Shown piece after piece: positions 44,769 to 55,853 of a DNA stretch of 64,000 nt. The notes under the pieces were generated by a model. The model did no database searches. It had not been told where the DNA came from and saw only the letters and a list, made by a program, of their open reading frames with translations. Numbering within the stretch: the stretch's first letter is position 1; every line of letters begins with the position of its first letter. The position numbers were made by a program, and so were the translations under genes. The stretch is from Pyrinomonadaceae bacterium (GTDB lineage: Bacteria; Acidobacteriota; Blastocatellia; Pyrinomonadales; Pyrinomonadaceae), in NCBI GenBank assembly GCA_035273425.1, contig DATEPB010000058.1:44590-108589 (forward strand). Direction: 5' to 3'.

Positions 44769-46013
44769 ATGGTTAGACGAACCGACGACACGCTCCGCTG
44801 CTCATTCTGTGGTAAGTCGCAGAATGAAGTGAAGAAACTAATAGCCGGCCCAACCGTCTATATCTGCAATGAGTGCATCGATATCTGTAATGAGATCATT
44901 ACAGATGATCAGCAGGCGGAGTCGGTAGCAACTCGACCGCCGCTCCCAAAGCCGGGTGAGATCAAAACCTTTCTCGATGAATATGTAATCGGCCAGGATG
45001 AAACCAAAAAGCGACTGGCTGTGGCCGTCTATCAACACTACAAACGCATCGAACTCGGCAGACGACGCTCGGAAGTTGAGATCCAGAAGGCGAATATTCT
45101 TCTCATTGGACCAACCGGAACCGGCAAGACTCTCCTGGCACAGACACTCGCGCGCATGCTTAGCGTGCCCTTCACCATCGTTGACGCCACTACGTTGACC
45201 GAAGCTGGGTATGTTGGTGAAGACGTTGAAAACATAATCCTTAAACTTCTGCAGGCTGCAAATGGCGACGTCGAGCGCGCCCAGCAGGGCATCATCTACA
45301 TCGATGAGGTTGACAAGATTTGTCGTAAGGATGAAAACCCGTCGATCACACGTGACGTTTCCGGTGAAGGCGTGCAGCAGGCGTTGCTGAAGATCCTGGA
45401 AGGTACGGTTGCGAATGTTCCACCGCAAGGCGGACGAAAACATCCGCATCAGGAATTCTTCCCGATCGACACTTCAAACATTCTGTTTATTTGCGGCGGA
45501 GCGTTCGTCGGTCTTGAGAAGGTTATCGGCAGACGACTGCGGAACAAATCCTTAGGCTTCCAGGCTGAAGTTAAGAGCGGCAGCCACCGGCACGCGGAGG
45601 CGCTGGCGCAGGTTCAGCCTGAAGATCTGATTCGCTTCGGATTGATTCCGGAGTTTGTTGGCCGGCTACCCGTTTGCGGCGTTCTGCACGAACTCGACGA
45701 AGCTGCGCTGATCAAGATTCTTACCGAACCGAAGAATGCTTTGGTCAAGCAGTATCAAAAGAAGTTCGATTTCGATAACGTAAAATTGAAGTTTACGGAC
45801 GATTCGTTGAAGTCGGTGGCGCGCCAGGCGGTTGAACGTAAAGTCGGCGCCCGCGGATTGATGATGATTCTCGAAGAACTGCTTTTGGACGCGATGTACA
45901 CGCTTCCTTCGCAAAAAAGAGTCAAGGAATTCGTCATTACCAGTGAAATGGTGGAGCGCCGAAGGGCCATTCCGGGCGAAGGCCTGGCGGGAATCGATGG
46001 GGCAGCAGCGTAG
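44769..46013 (+). CDS. clpX: ATP-dependent Clp protease ATP-binding subunit ClpX
   Basis: Zinc finger CSFCGK...ICNEC, Walker [17 protein letters not shown]. The start was set at ATG 44769. Confidence 0.95.
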   Translation: MVRRTDDTLRCSFCGKSQNEVKKLIAGPTVYICNECIDICNEIITDDQQAESVATRPPLPKPGEIKTFLDEYVIGQDETKKRLAVAVYQHYKRIELGRRRSEVEIQKANILLIGPTGTGKTLLAQTLARMLSVPFTIVDATTLTEAGYVGEDVENIILKLLQAANGDVERAQQGIIYIDEVDKICRKDENPSITRDVSGEGVQQALLKILEGTVANVPPQGGRKHPHQEFFPIDTSNILFICGGAFVGLEKVIGRRLRNKSLGFQAEVKSGSHRHAEALAQVQPEDLIRFGLIPEFVGRLPVCGVLHELDEAALIKILTEPKNALVKQYQKKFDFDNVKLKFTDDSLKSVARQAVERKVGARGLMMILEELLLDAMYTLPSQKRVKEFVITSEMVERRRAIPGEGLAGIDGAAA

Positions 46014-46164
46014 TTTGGAGGCATCAGTAGCGCTGTGGTGAAAAAACCCACGTAGCATGTAGTTCGGAAATGATCTACAATTGGGTGTCTTTAAGGGCGA
46101 GACGGCAATTTGAGCGGCTCGCCCTTCTTGCAAACAGCCCGAAAAAAATTAAGCACTAATAATT

Positions 46165-48591
46165 ATGGAAGAATATTCAGACCGCGCTCCTGCCGACGTT
46201 GCATGGTACCCCATGGTGCCTATCCGCGACGTCGTCATATTCCCTTTCACTAAAGTAGCTTTCAAGATTGGACGACAAGGGTCGGTGCGTGCGTTGGAGC
46301 AGGCGCTAGCGGCTGATCGCACCATCTTCCTGGCTACCCAACACGACGCAACTGTTGACGAGCCGGCGCCCGATCAAATCTACGGTGTCGGAACTCTGGG
46401 ACGAATACTCCAGTCTCAGAAACAGGACAACGGTCAAATCAAAGTCGTCGTCGAGGGTCGCGAGCGCGCGACAACGGTCCGGGTGGAAAATACCGACGGT
46501 GCTTTCATGGCCCTGGTTAAACGGGCGCCGGTTGTTAACGAGGAAGGTACTCGACTCGACGCCCTCGTCCAGAAAATTGGACAACTCGTCGAACAACATC
46601 TTCGTCTCGCACCGGAAAGCCAGACCGATGCGTTACAGACAGCGCTTCGTAATCAGAATCCTTCTCATCTCGCCGATGCCCTCGCTTCCCAGTTGCGAAT
46701 CTCGGTGGAAGACAAGCAAGGCCTGTTGGAACTCTTTTCCTCACAGGCGCGTCTCCAGCGGTTGATCGAATTGCTCGAACTTGAAATCGAGAAGCGTCAA
46801 CTTGATCGCTCAATTCAGACTCGAGTTAAGCGTCAAATGGAAAAGGCGCAGAAGGAGTATTACCTCAACGAGCAGATCAAGGCGATCCACAAGGAGCTTG
46901 GCCGCAAAGACGAAAAAGCAGAGCTCGAAGACTTAAAGAAAAAGATCGAAGAAGTTGGCATGACTGAAGAGGCCAAGCAGAAAGCCATGCAGGAGCTTCA
47001 TCGACTCGAAGCCATGCCGCCAATGTCTGCCGAAGGAACTGTCTCGCGTACCTACATTGATTGGTTGGTCAATGTTCCCTGGAAACAAAAGAGCAAAGAG
47101 ATTAAAGACCTTAGCAAAGCAGAAGAGGTTCTTAACGAAGATCACTTTGGTCTGGAGAAGATCAAAGAACGCATTCTTGAGTACCTCGCCGTCAGACAAC
47201 TAGTCAAGAATCCGAAGGGCTCGATTCTGTGTTTCGTTGGCCCTCCGGGAGTCGGGAAGACGAGTCTTGGCAAATCGATAGCCCGAGCTACCGGTCGCAA
47301 GTTTGTTCGGCTGTCGCTAGGCGGAGTCCGTGACGAAGCGGAGATTCGCGGCCATCGGAGAACTTACATTGGCGCGTTGCCCGGTCAAATCATTCAGATG
47401 ATGAAGAAAGCGGGAACCATTAATCCGGTTGTCTTGCTCGACGAAGTAGACAAGCTGGGTGCTGATTTTCGTGGAGACCCGAGTTCGGCACTACTAGAAG
47501 TCCTCGACCCGGAACAGAACCACACATTTCAGGATCACTACCTCGACGTTGAGTACGATTTGTCGAAAGTCTTCTTCATCGCGACTTCAAACGTTTTGCA
47601 CACGATTCCCCCGGCGCTTCAGGATCGCCTCGAGATCCTGCGACTTTCCGGTTACACCGAACGCGAGAAGTTGGAGATTGCTAAGCGACATCTGGTACCA
47701 AAACAGGCTGAAGGCAATGGTCTGAAACCTGAACAACTGAGTTTCACGGATGAAGGCTTGCTCGAGATCATTCGTCACTTCACTCGCGAAGCTGGTGTGC
47801 GTAACCTGGAACGCGAAATCGGATCGTGCTGCCGAAAGATTGCGCGCCGTTTTGTATCCGAGAGCGTCGCATCTGATTTTGCAGACGTGGTCGACGCCGA
47901 TCGTGTTCGTGAAATGCTTGGGCCAATAAAGTTCCGGCAACACGCCGTAGCAGCCGAGAGCGAAATCGGTTTAGCCACCGGTCTCGCCTGGACCGAAATA
48001 GGTGGCGAGGTATTGCAGATCGAAGCAACACTTACTAAAGGCCGCGGTGGTGTAATGTTGACTGGAAAGCTCGGTGACGTGATGCAGGAGTCTGCGCAGG
48101 CCGCGCTGACTTGCATCAAGGCTCGATCAGAACGGCTGGCGATGAGTGTGGACTTTATCCGCAAACGCGATCTCCACATTCACGTGCCTGAAGGCGCGAT
48201 TCCCAAAGACGGGCCATCAGCCGGTATCACCATGGCGACGGCTATGGCGTCCGCCCTAACCCGGTGCGCTGTTCGAAAGAACGTGGCCATGACGGGTGAG
48301 ATCACCCTGCGCGGTCGCGTCCTCCCAATCGGTGGAGTTAAGGAAAAGCTGCTCGCTGCTCACCGTTTCGGGATCGATACTATTATTTTGCCAAAAGAGA
48401 ACGAGAAGGACCTGCCGGAAGTCCCGGAGGAAGTTCGCAACGCGCTCTGCATCAATCTGGTTGAAACGATTGATGAAGTGTTGGCGCTTGCGCTCGAGGA
48501 CGCTTGTCCAACCGATGCCGGCACCGACGAAACGAAGGCGCCGCCGATCTGGACAACCGAGCAACCTTCCCAAGGCATTCAAACCAGCTAA
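46165..48591 (+). CDS. lon: Lon protease (LonA)
   Basis: GPPGVGKTS Walker A and [14 protein letters not shown] catalytic Ser; 808 aa. Confidence 0.95.
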   Translation: MEEYSDRAPADVAWYPMVPIRDVVIFPFTKVAFKIGRQGSVRALEQALAADRTIFLATQHDATVDEPAPDQIYGVGTLGRILQSQKQDNGQIKVVVEGRERATTVRVENTDGAFMALVKRAPVVNEEGTRLDALVQKIGQLVEQHLRLAPESQTDALQTALRNQNPSHLADALASQLRISVEDKQGLLELFSSQARLQRLIELLELEIEKRQLDRSIQTRVKRQMEKAQKEYYLNEQIKAIHKELGRKDEKAELEDLKKKIEEVGMTEEAKQKAMQELHRLEAMPPMSAEGTVSRTYIDWLVNVPWKQKSKEIKDLSKAEEVLNEDHFGLEKIKERILEYLAVRQLVKNPKGSILCFVGPPGVGKTSLGKSIARATGRKFVRLSLGGVRDEAEIRGHRRTYIGALPGQIIQMMKKAGTINPVVLLDEVDKLGADFRGDPSSALLEVLDPEQNHTFQDHYLDVEYDLSKVFFIATSNVLHTIPPALQDRLEILRLSGYTEREKLEIAKRHLVPKQAEGNGLKPEQLSFTDEGLLEIIRHFTREAGVRNLEREIGSCCRKIARRFVSESVASDFADVVDADRVREMLGPIKFRQHAVAAESEIGLATGLAWTEIGGEVLQIEATLTKGRGGVMLTGKLGDVMQESAQAALTCIKARSERLAMSVDFIRKRDLHIHVPEGAIPKDGPSAGITMATAMASALTRCAVRKNVAMTGEITLRGRVLPIGGVKEKLLAAHRFGIDTIILPKENEKDLPEVPEEVRNALCINLVETIDEVLALALEDACPTDAGTDETKAPPIWTTEQPSQGIQTS

Positions 48592-48727
48592 TCTGGATCG
48601 ATCATTACCTGCGTTGGCATAGAGTTAACCTGCCATGAGGCCTGGGGCCCATGGTGGGTCGACCCCTATGCCGCTCGACTTACGCACCACAAACTGACCT
48701 TCATTCACCCCCCGAAAAGGAGAAACG

Positions 48728-49186
48728 ATGAGTAACTATCACGACGCCGATTTGATATTAAAGCTCTACGAGCTCAGACGCGAAGCAACCATGCGCGAAG
48801 CGCGCAACTGGTTTTGGACGTTTAATCCGACCAGTGTTCAGGACATCATTCAGGTCCTGCTAAGCGAACACAGCGGTCACTACCGAATGGTAGTCAGCTA
48901 CTGGGAAATGGCCGCGGCCATGGTTATCGAAGGCTCCCTCGACGAAAAGCTGTTCAACGAAACTAACGGCGAACACCTGTTTGTCTACTCGAAGATTGCC
49001 CATTTGATCGATGACATCAGAAATCTCTTCGGAAATCCCGACTTCCTTGGCAACCTCGAACAGTTAATCAAGCGCACGCCAAACTATGAAGAGCGGATTG
49101 CAGCACTCAGGGAGCGGATGAAAAAATTCGCCGAGATGCGAACGCAGCAAGCGGCCGCCGAAGTTCAAGCGGCAGCAGCCAGCTAG
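48728..49186 (+). CDS. Hypothetical helical protein
   Basis: 152-aa ORF with AAAGGAGA RBS. No family recognised. Confidence 0.5.
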   Translation: MSNYHDADLILKLYELRREATMREARNWFWTFNPTSVQDIIQVLLSEHSGHYRMVVSYWEMAAAMVIEGSLDEKLFNETNGEHLFVYSKIAHLIDDIRNLFGNPDFLGNLEQLIKRTPNYEERIAALRERMKKFAEMRTQQAAAEVQAAAAS

Positions 49187-49261
49187 TTTGCGTTCAGTAT
49201 TCAGGCCGTGAGCGGTTTGACCAAAAACCTCGGCCGAACCCGCTCGCGGCGCTTGGATAAA

Positions 49262-49831
49262 ATGAAAATTACGAAAGCGGAATTTCTAAAGAGTGCCTTT
49301 CAGGAAAGTGACTGGCCTACCGACTCGAAACCAGAGATTGCCTTCATGGGTCGCTCCAATGTTGGGAAGTCGAGTTTGATAAATTCCCTGCTCGGCGTTA
49401 GAGGTTTAGCGCGAACGTCGTCGACTCCAGGAAGAACTCAATCGCTGAATTTTTTTACTATTAATGATCGATTTCGCTTTGTCGATCTTCCTGGTTTCGG
49501 GTATGCTCGCGTCCCGAAATCAGTTAGAGCAGGTTGGGGTGACATGGTTACAAGCTACCTTGCCAAGCGGCAACAGCTTGTGCTATCAATTCACATCGTA
49601 GATTCGCGCCACGAACCCACAACATTGGATTTGCAGCTTCACGAGTGGCTTGAGCATAGTCTCAAACCATGGTTAATAGTTGCCACGAAATCCGATAAGC
49701 TATCTAACAACGAATTGAAAGAGAGTCTGGGACGCGTCAAGCGCGTGTTTAGCACAGATCGGGTGGTGGCCTATTCTGCTAAAACCGGGCGCGGAGGTAC
49801 CGAAATCTGGCGGGCCCTGGAAGCAGCCTGA
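49262..49831 (+). CDS. engB: Ribosome-biogenesis GTPase YihA/EngB
   Basis: GRSNVGKSSLIN G1 motif and DLPGFGYA G3 motif. Classical lon-engB neighbourhood. Confidence 0.85.
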   Translation: MKITKAEFLKSAFQESDWPTDSKPEIAFMGRSNVGKSSLINSLLGVRGLARTSSTPGRTQSLNFFTINDRFRFVDLPGFGYARVPKSVRAGWGDMVTSYLAKRQQLVLSIHIVDSRHEPTTLDLQLHEWLEHSLKPWLIVATKSDKLSNNELKESLGRVKRVFSTDRVVAYSAKTGRGGTEIWRALEAA

Positions 49832-50181
49832 TTTTCAGTTTACCTGTGGCGGCTTTACTAATGCCCGCCGATGCGTAGAATGTTGTTGAATCCTGATCCC
49901 CGCGTCGACAAAAATTCTCAAGCCCCTTTTGAAAAACCTGATCTTTCCAGACCACAATGAGGCGGTACATCGCATCTTAGTAATGACCCACTCGACATAG
50001 GCGTTAACAGGCAAGGTTGATAACCATGCGAATGATGCCTGAGCTTAGCGGACCGGCTCGGGACTAATTGCCAGTTCCGCACTTACTCATTTTTAACTCC
50101 AGGAATAACAACCCAACTCGGCCGCATAGAGTTTTTCGAGTGCGCCCAGTTTTATGAAGGATTACTTAGGAACGAATTGAT

Positions 50182-51576
50182 ATGGCACAGAGATCACGTT
50201 CACGCGCCTCAGGCGCTGCAGGCGCGAACAACGACGACGGTAACGGAGACAACGGGGCTAGCGTAGCCACCGCTGAAGCTCCGGAGCGAGAAGGCAGAGA
50301 AGGTCGCGATGGCAGGGAGGAAGGTTTCTTAAACCTGGCCGACCTCAAAGAGATGTCTATCTCCAAGCTGACCAGCATTGCCAAAGGCATGGATGTGCCC
50401 GGCGCCACGGGTATGCGCAAGCAGGAGTTGATCTTCAAAGTGCTTGCGGCCCAAACAGAAAAGAGCGGACTCATTTTCTCTGAGGGTGTTCTCGAAACGT
50501 TGCCAGACGGCTTCGGATTCTTACGTGCCCCGGAATACAACTACCTCCCAGGCCCCGACGACATTTATGTTTCGCCATCGCAAATCCGCAAGTTTGATCT
50601 GCGCACTGGCGACACCGTTAGTGGACAGATTCGCCCACCGAAAGAGGGCGAACGTTATTTCGCGCTCATTAAGGTTGAAGCAATCAACTTCGAGTCGCCC
50701 GATCAGGCGCGCGAGAAAGTCTTCTTCGACAATCTCACGCCACTGTATCCGGACGAACAGTTGAAGATGGAGTTAACTCAGGACAATCTTTCCGCTCGCG
50801 TGATTGATTTGGTTACGCCGCTCGGAAAAGGTCAGCGCGGATTGATCGTTGCGCCTCCTCGTACCGGTAAGACGATGTTGCTGCAAACGATCGCCAACTC
50901 GGTGACCCAGAACCATCCTGAAGTAACCTTGATCGTGCTGCTAATCGACGAGCGACCTGAAGAAGTTACCGACATGCAGCGTTCAGTCAACGGCGAAGTG
51001 ATCTCTTCGACTTTTGACGAACCACCAACCCGCCACGTGCAAGTCGCCGACATGGTGATTGAGAAAGCCAAGCGTCTGGTAGAACACAAACGCGATGTCG
51101 TAATTCTCCTGGACTCGATCACACGTCTCGCGCGAGCTCATAACGCAGTTGTGCCTCCCAGCGGCAAGATCCTTTCCGGCGGTATTGATTCGAATGCGTT
51201 GCAGCGACCAAAGCGTTTCTTTGGCGCCGCCCGTAACATTGAAGAAGGCGGATCACTGACGATCATTGCCACGGCGTTGATTGATACAGGCTCTCGCATG
51301 GACGACGTGATCTTCGAAGAATTTAAGGGTACTGGTAACTCGGAAATTCACCTCGATCGCAGGCTCAGCGACAAGCGACTTTTCCCCGCTATCGATTTGC
51401 AGCGTTCAGGGACGCGAAAAGAAGAGCTGTTGCTTAGCAAGGAAGATCTCAACCGCATCTGGGTCATGCGCCGCGTCTTGAATCCGCTTTCACCCGTTGA
51501 GCAGATGGAAGTTGTGCTCGAACGACTCGAGAAAGCGAAATCGAACGCGGAATTCCTGGCTTCAATGCAAAGCTAA
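50182..51576 (+). CDS. rho: Transcription termination factor Rho with acidic/Gly-rich N-terminal extension
   Basis: [15 protein letters not shown] Walker A and an RNA-binding OB region; 464 aa. Confidence 0.95.
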   Translation: MAQRSRSRASGAAGANNDDGNGDNGASVATAEAPEREGREGRDGREEGFLNLADLKEMSISKLTSIAKGMDVPGATGMRKQELIFKVLAAQTEKSGLIFSEGVLETLPDGFGFLRAPEYNYLPGPDDIYVSPSQIRKFDLRTGDTVSGQIRPPKEGERYFALIKVEAINFESPDQAREKVFFDNLTPLYPDEQLKMELTQDNLSARVIDLVTPLGKGQRGLIVAPPRTGKTMLLQTIANSVTQNHPEVTLIVLLIDERPEEVTDMQRSVNGEVISSTFDEPPTRHVQVADMVIEKAKRLVEHKRDVVILLDSITRLARAHNAVVPPSGKILSGGIDSNALQRPKRFFGAARNIEEGGSLTIIATALIDTGSRMDDVIFEEFKGTGNSEIHLDRRLSDKRLFPAIDLQRSGTRKEELLLSKEDLNRIWVMRRVLNPLSPVEQMEVVLERLEKAKSNAEFLASMQS

Positions 51577-51583
51577 GGCCCGC

Positions 51584-51779
51584 AAGGATGAAGGCGGAAG
51601 GATGAAGGATGAAAGCCTTTATGCTTCCGCTTTTTTGTGTCGCCCGATAAGCGGAATGGTCCACGAAATCACTCGAATACGCACTAATCTCTTTCTTGCT
51701 ACTTCCTCTAATTTCGTGGATCGTTCTTTCGCAGCTTGATCTCTTTAGCTTCATCCTTCATCCTTCAGCCTTCATCCTT
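51584..51779. repeat. Heptamer-array inverted repeat (AAGGATG unit) with nested CACGAAA-type hairpin
   Basis: AAGGATG AAGGCGG AAGGATG AAGGATG (51584-51611) faces CATCCTT CATCCTT CAGCCTT CATCCTT (51752-51779). Inner pair CCACGAAAT / ATTTCGTGG. Confidence 0.8.
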
Positions 51780-51785
51780 AACATC

Positions 51786-53219
51786 ATGCGTGTAGCCATA
51801 CTTGCATCTGAAGTTGTGCCTTTCGCCAAGACGGGCGGCCTTGCCGACGTGGCCGGTGCTTTGCCCAAAGCCCTCGCGAAGCAGGACGTTGATGCTCGCG
51901 TCATCCTGCCCTTGCATCAGCAAATCGATGAGAATCTCCTTAGCGACACGGTCATCGAAGACTTACCTGTTCCCTGGCGAGGCGGAACCAGACCCACCCG
52001 CGTTTTCCAGTCAGACGTAGCAGGGGCGCCGGCCTATCTAATTCATTCGCCCGAGTACTTCGACAAACCTTCAATCTACGGTTACTCCAATGACCATGAG
52101 CGCTACGCATTTTTCTCGCGTGCCGCGTTAACGCTGATGAAGCACTTGGATTGGCAACCGAACATAGTTCACGGCAACGACTGGCCGTGTGGCTTTGCAG
52201 CTGCTGAGTTTCGCGCTCGACGTCGTCACGATGAGTTCTTCCGTCAAAGCAAATCACTCTTCTCGATACACAACCTCGCCTACCAGGGTGCGTTTGATCC
52301 AAACGATCTCTGGTGGCTGGGTTTCGGTGAGTCGCCCGAGAAAGATGACTTCATGCTTAAGAGTATGGCATCGGCATTGAAGGCAGGACTCATCACCGCC
52401 GACGCCTTATCGACAGTTAGTCACCGTTACTCGCAGGAGATTCAAACGCCCGAGCAGGGTGCGGGACTCGACTGGTTGCTGCGGGCGCGTAAGGATCGGT
52501 TGGCCGGAATCACGAATGGTGTGGATTATGAATTGTGGAATCCGGAAACAGATCCACATATCGCCGCGAATTTTTCCTCCGCCGACCTTTCCGGAAAACT
52601 CGAGTGCAAACGCGACTTGCTCCGAAGGTTTGATTTGCATCAGGATACGCGAAGACCAATCATTGCGATCATTTCGCGGCTGGTTTCGCAGAAGGGATAC
52701 GACCTAATCCGGCAGCTCGCCGAACCCATTCTTGGTACTGGCGCGTTCTTCATTGCCCTCGGCGCAGGTGCCGCGGAGTATGAAGAGTTTTTGCAGGACT
52801 GGCATGATCGCGCTCCTCGCCAAGTGGGGATCTATAAAGGTTATGCCGGTGAACCTTTGGCGCATCAGATTGAGGCCGGCGCCGACATGTTTCTTATGCC
52901 GTCGCAGTATGAGCCGTGCGGTTTGAATCAGATGTACAGCATGCGATATGGGACCGTACCTATCGTTCGCGCGACCGGCGGACTCGACGACACGGTCCAG
53001 CAATTTATGCCTCAGCACGGTACTGGCAATGGCTTCAAGTTCTATCAGTACCATGCATCCGCTTTGCTTGAAAAAATTCGCGAAGCCCTTTACTTTTATG
53101 GCAAGCCCGAGGCATGGCAACGCATTCAGTTGAACGGCATGGCAGTCGACAATTCCTGGGAAGCCGCAGCGCAGAAATATGTCCAGCTCTACCAGGAAAT
53201 AATCGATCTGCCGAATTAA
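51786..53219 (+). CDS. glgA: Glycogen synthase
   Basis: MRVAILASEVVPFAKTGGLADV N-terminus (KTGGL motif). The start was set at ATG 51786. Confidence 0.9.
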   Translation: MRVAILASEVVPFAKTGGLADVAGALPKALAKQDVDARVILPLHQQIDENLLSDTVIEDLPVPWRGGTRPTRVFQSDVAGAPAYLIHSPEYFDKPSIYGYSNDHERYAFFSRAALTLMKHLDWQPNIVHGNDWPCGFAAAEFRARRRHDEFFRQSKSLFSIHNLAYQGAFDPNDLWWLGFGESPEKDDFMLKSMASALKAGLITADALSTVSHRYSQEIQTPEQGAGLDWLLRARKDRLAGITNGVDYELWNPETDPHIAANFSSADLSGKLECKRDLLRRFDLHQDTRRPIIAIISRLVSQKGYDLIRQLAEPILGTGAFFIALGAGAAEYEEFLQDWHDRAPRQVGIYKGYAGEPLAHQIEAGADMFLMPSQYEPCGLNQMYSMRYGTVPIVRATGGLDDTVQQFMPQHGTGNGFKFYQYHASALLEKIREALYFYGKPEAWQRIQLNGMAVDNSWEAAAQKYVQLYQEIIDLPN

Positions 53220-53346
53220 GCGTCGAGGCTAGAGGCGCACAGAGTACAAGCTTTAGCTTGCGTCTTTTGAATGGCAGGATCGAGAGTGGCGAGGAAGCCG
53301 CCGAAAGGATGTACTCTGAACACCTGTTGACTATGGGAGGAACCAG

Positions 53347-53691
53347 ATGAGTGAGTTTGTGACTGAAGTTAGCGATAGCAGTTTTGAAGCGGACGTGTTG
53401 AAGTCTGACAAACCGGTGTTGGTCGACTTTTGGGCCGAATGGTGTGCGCCGTGTCGCATGCTGGCGCCGACAATCGACGCCGTTGCTGAAAAGTATGCTG
53501 CGAACGCGCGCGTGGTAAAGCTAAACGTGGATGATAACCCTTCGATTTCACAACGTTACGGCATCAAGGGAATACCCACCCTGATTCTCTTTAAGGGCGG
53601 CAGAGAGGAAGAGCGCATCGTCGGAGCAACTTCTAAAGACGCAATCTCGCGCTTGATTGACAAGCACGTCGCGAGCGCTGCCACTGCCTAG
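53347..53691 (+). CDS. trxA: Thioredoxin
   Basis: VLVDFWAEWCAPCR active site (CAPC variant); 114 aa. Confidence 0.9.
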   Translation: MSEFVTEVSDSSFEADVLKSDKPVLVDFWAEWCAPCRMLAPTIDAVAEKYAANARVVKLNVDDNPSISQRYGIKGIPTLILFKGGREEERIVGATSKDAISRLIDKHVASAATA

Positions 53692-53710
53692 AAACTGTGG
53701 TTCAACTTCA

Positions 53711-53750
53711 GGCGCGGATTCCTGTTGTGGTCCGCGCCGGATTTGTGTTT
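53711..53750 (+). terminator. Possible terminator hairpin
   Basis: GGCGCGGA ... TCCGCGCC stem followed by a weakly T-rich tail. Confidence 0.4.
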
Positions 53751-53760
53751 ATCGGGGAAT

Positions 53761-53867
53761 GTCAGTAGTCAGTGGTCAGTTGTTAGTTGCCCTGTACACC
53801 AACTAAGGAATGTCCACAGCTCCGAGAACAAGGAATAGCAACTGACCACTGACAACGGACAACTGAC
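53761..53867. repeat. Heptamer-array inverted repeat (GTCAGTN unit)
   Basis: GTCAGTA GTCAGTG GTCAGTT GTTAGTT (53761-53788) faces AACTGAC CACTGAC AACGGAC AACTGAC (53840-53867). It ends 1 nt before the purA ATG. Confidence 0.8.
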
Positions 53868-53868
53868 C

Positions 53869-55188
53869 ATGAAAAAAATCATCGTTGTAATCGGCGCCCA
53901 GTGGGGTGATGAAGGCAAAGGCAAGATTGTCGATCTGCTCGCCGAGCATTTCGATATCGTCGCCCGGTACCAGGGTGGCCACAATGCCGGCCATTCAGTC
54001 CAAGTAGGCGAGCAGTCGTTTGTACTGCACCTCCTGCCATCAGGAATCGTTCACCGCGGTAAGACCTGCGTACTTGGCAACGGGATGGTGATCGATCCGA
54101 AAGCGTTTTTTCAGGAAGCCGATCGGTTGATGGAGCAAGGTATTGAAGTCTCGCCCGAGCGCGTGAAGATTAGTTCGCGCGCGCATCTGATATTGCCTTA
54201 TCACCGCGCCCTGGACCACACGAGTGAGGAACGGTTGGGCAACGAAAAGGTTGGCACCACCTTGCGTGGGATTGGTCCAGCTTACGAAGACAAGGCCGGC
54301 CGCCGTGGCATACGGACCGCCGATGCGCTCGTTCCGGAAGTGCTGCGCTCTCGCATCGAACGTAATCTCGAAGACGCTAATCGGATCATCGAGGCTTACG
54401 GTGGAAAGCCACTTGATGCTGATGAAATGTTTCAAGAAATGTCGCAGCTTACTGAACGGTTGGGGGCATTCATCGGAGACACGACTCACTTCTTAAACGT
54501 CGCAGCCTCAGAAGGCCGTTCGATACTGCTGGAGGGCGCCCAGGCAACATTGCTCGACGTCGATCACGGCACGTATCCGTTTGTTACTTCTTCATCGACT
54601 ACTGCGGGCGGAGCTATTGTCGGTTCCGGCCTCGCGCCGCAACGTCTAACAGGCGTGCTTGGCATTGTGCGCACCTACACCACGCGCGTTGGCGAGGGAC
54701 CATTTCCCACAGAGATGGTGGAAGGTGAAGCGGAGATGGGCCAACTCATCCGTGAACGCGGGCGTGAATACGGCGCCTCAACTGGACGCCCACGCCGCTG
54801 CGGCTGGTTTGACGCTTTCGCCACCCGTTACGCCGCCGAGATCAACGGTTTCACGTCGGTCGCTCTGACGAAACTCGACGTTCTCGACGCGTTAGAAGAA
54901 ATCAAAGTCTGCACCGGGTACGAACTCGACGGACGCATCTGTGAATCACTTCCGGCTGTGGCCCAGGATCTTCGACGCGTCGAACCGATTTACGAGACTC
55001 TACCCGGCTGGCAGACTTCGACAGTAGGAACTACCAAGATGAGTTCCCTTCCCGATAAGGCACGCAAGTATGTCGAATTTCTTTCCGAGAAGATTGGTGT
55101 AGAGATCGGTCTCGTCTCAACCGGTCCGGAACGCTCGCAAACAATCGTCGTTCGAGACTCCGCGGTCGGGAGCTGGCTTAACGACTAG
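53869..55188 (+). CDS. purA: Adenylosuccinate synthetase
   Basis: [12 protein letters not shown]-loop; 439 aa. Confidence 0.95.
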   Translation: MKKIIVVIGAQWGDEGKGKIVDLLAEHFDIVARYQGGHNAGHSVQVGEQSFVLHLLPSGIVHRGKTCVLGNGMVIDPKAFFQEADRLMEQGIEVSPERVKISSRAHLILPYHRALDHTSEERLGNEKVGTTLRGIGPAYEDKAGRRGIRTADALVPEVLRSRIERNLEDANRIIEAYGGKPLDADEMFQEMSQLTERLGAFIGDTTHFLNVAASEGRSILLEGAQATLLDVDHGTYPFVTSSSTTAGGAIVGSGLAPQRLTGVLGIVRTYTTRVGEGPFPTEMVEGEAEMGQLIRERGREYGASTGRPRRCGWFDAFATRYAAEINGFTSVALTKLDVLDALEEIKVCTGYELDGRICESLPAVAQDLRRVEPIYETLPGWQTSTVGTTKMSSLPDKARKYVEFLSEKIGVEIGLVSTGPERSQTIVVRDSAVGSWLND

Positions 55189-55193
55189 TTCAC

Positions 55194-55325
55194 CTCCTTG
55201 GAGTGCGCCGCCTTGTCGGCGCTTTGGCCGGTCGCGGCCTTGCGCGACCTGGTACGGACTATTCAACCAGCGGCGCAGAGGCCGCCGCATAACAAAGCGC
55301 CGCCGGGCCGGCGCACTCCAAGGAG
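55194..55325. repeat. Palindromic repeat, CTCCTTGGAGTGCGCCGCCTTGTCGGCGCTTTGG family
   Basis: Arm 55194-55227 is mirrored (degenerate) at 55293-55325. Confidence 0.8.
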
Positions 55326-55344
55326 TTGGATTTTAGCCAACAAA

Positions 55345-55372
55345 TTTTTTTTACTTTGGACATTGGACATTG
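55345..55372. repeat. Solo heptamer array (TTTGGAC ATTGGAC ATTGGAC AATAGAC)
   Basis: Same unit as the right arms at 28632-28659 and 35496-35509. No facing arm was found nearby. Confidence 0.5.
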
Positions 55373-55413
55373 GACAATAGACTTCCTTATTATGCCTTCA
55401 CCGTGTTTCATGT

Positions 55414-55489
<76 letters not shown>

Positions 55490-55502
55490 CTTTCGAAATA
55501 GA

Positions 55503-55536
55503 GGGCTTAACAGACTAAGTTCTGTTAAGCCCTTTT
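55503..55536 (+). terminator. Intrinsic terminator after tRNA-Lys
   Basis: GGGCTTAACAG / CTGTTAAGCCC 11-bp stem followed by TTTT. Confidence 0.7.
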
Positions 55537-55853
55537 GAATTCTCCTGCCGGTCATATCCTACGCAAAGTACTGAGATTTTCGTTCGCGTCCTTTTGTGGG
55601 CTTCAGTGGATCGTTCCTCAGTGTACGAGCGGAATCTTTATCAAATTTGAGTTTCAGCGCGTTGTAGAACCAGAGGCTGCGCTTGCGGGCACGTTCTGGC
55701 CCTGGTGAAATTTCAAAACGGCGACGGCGATACGATCACCCCGGAACGGACACCTGTTCTTGTCCCGGCATGGCAGCCGGCGGTTCCTATGAGCTGGAGC
55801 CTGTCCAGACACAGAACCGGCGCGACTAAACCTAATTAAGAGTTTAGAGCTAT

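Noticed and set aside
43871-45449. Minus-strand ORFs 43871..44437 and 44838..45449
   Set aside because: They are antisense to clpP and clpX, both of which are unambiguous.
53347-53691. Thioredoxin with CAPC instead of the CGPC active site
   Set aside because: This is a minor variant that, as far as I recall, also occurs in other thioredoxins. It is not enough for a finding.
55540-55853. 314-bp gap after tRNA-Lys, checked for genes or pseudogene remnants
   Set aside because: Only very short ORFs are present in the frames I translated by hand, and no recognisable motif appears. It is left unannotated.
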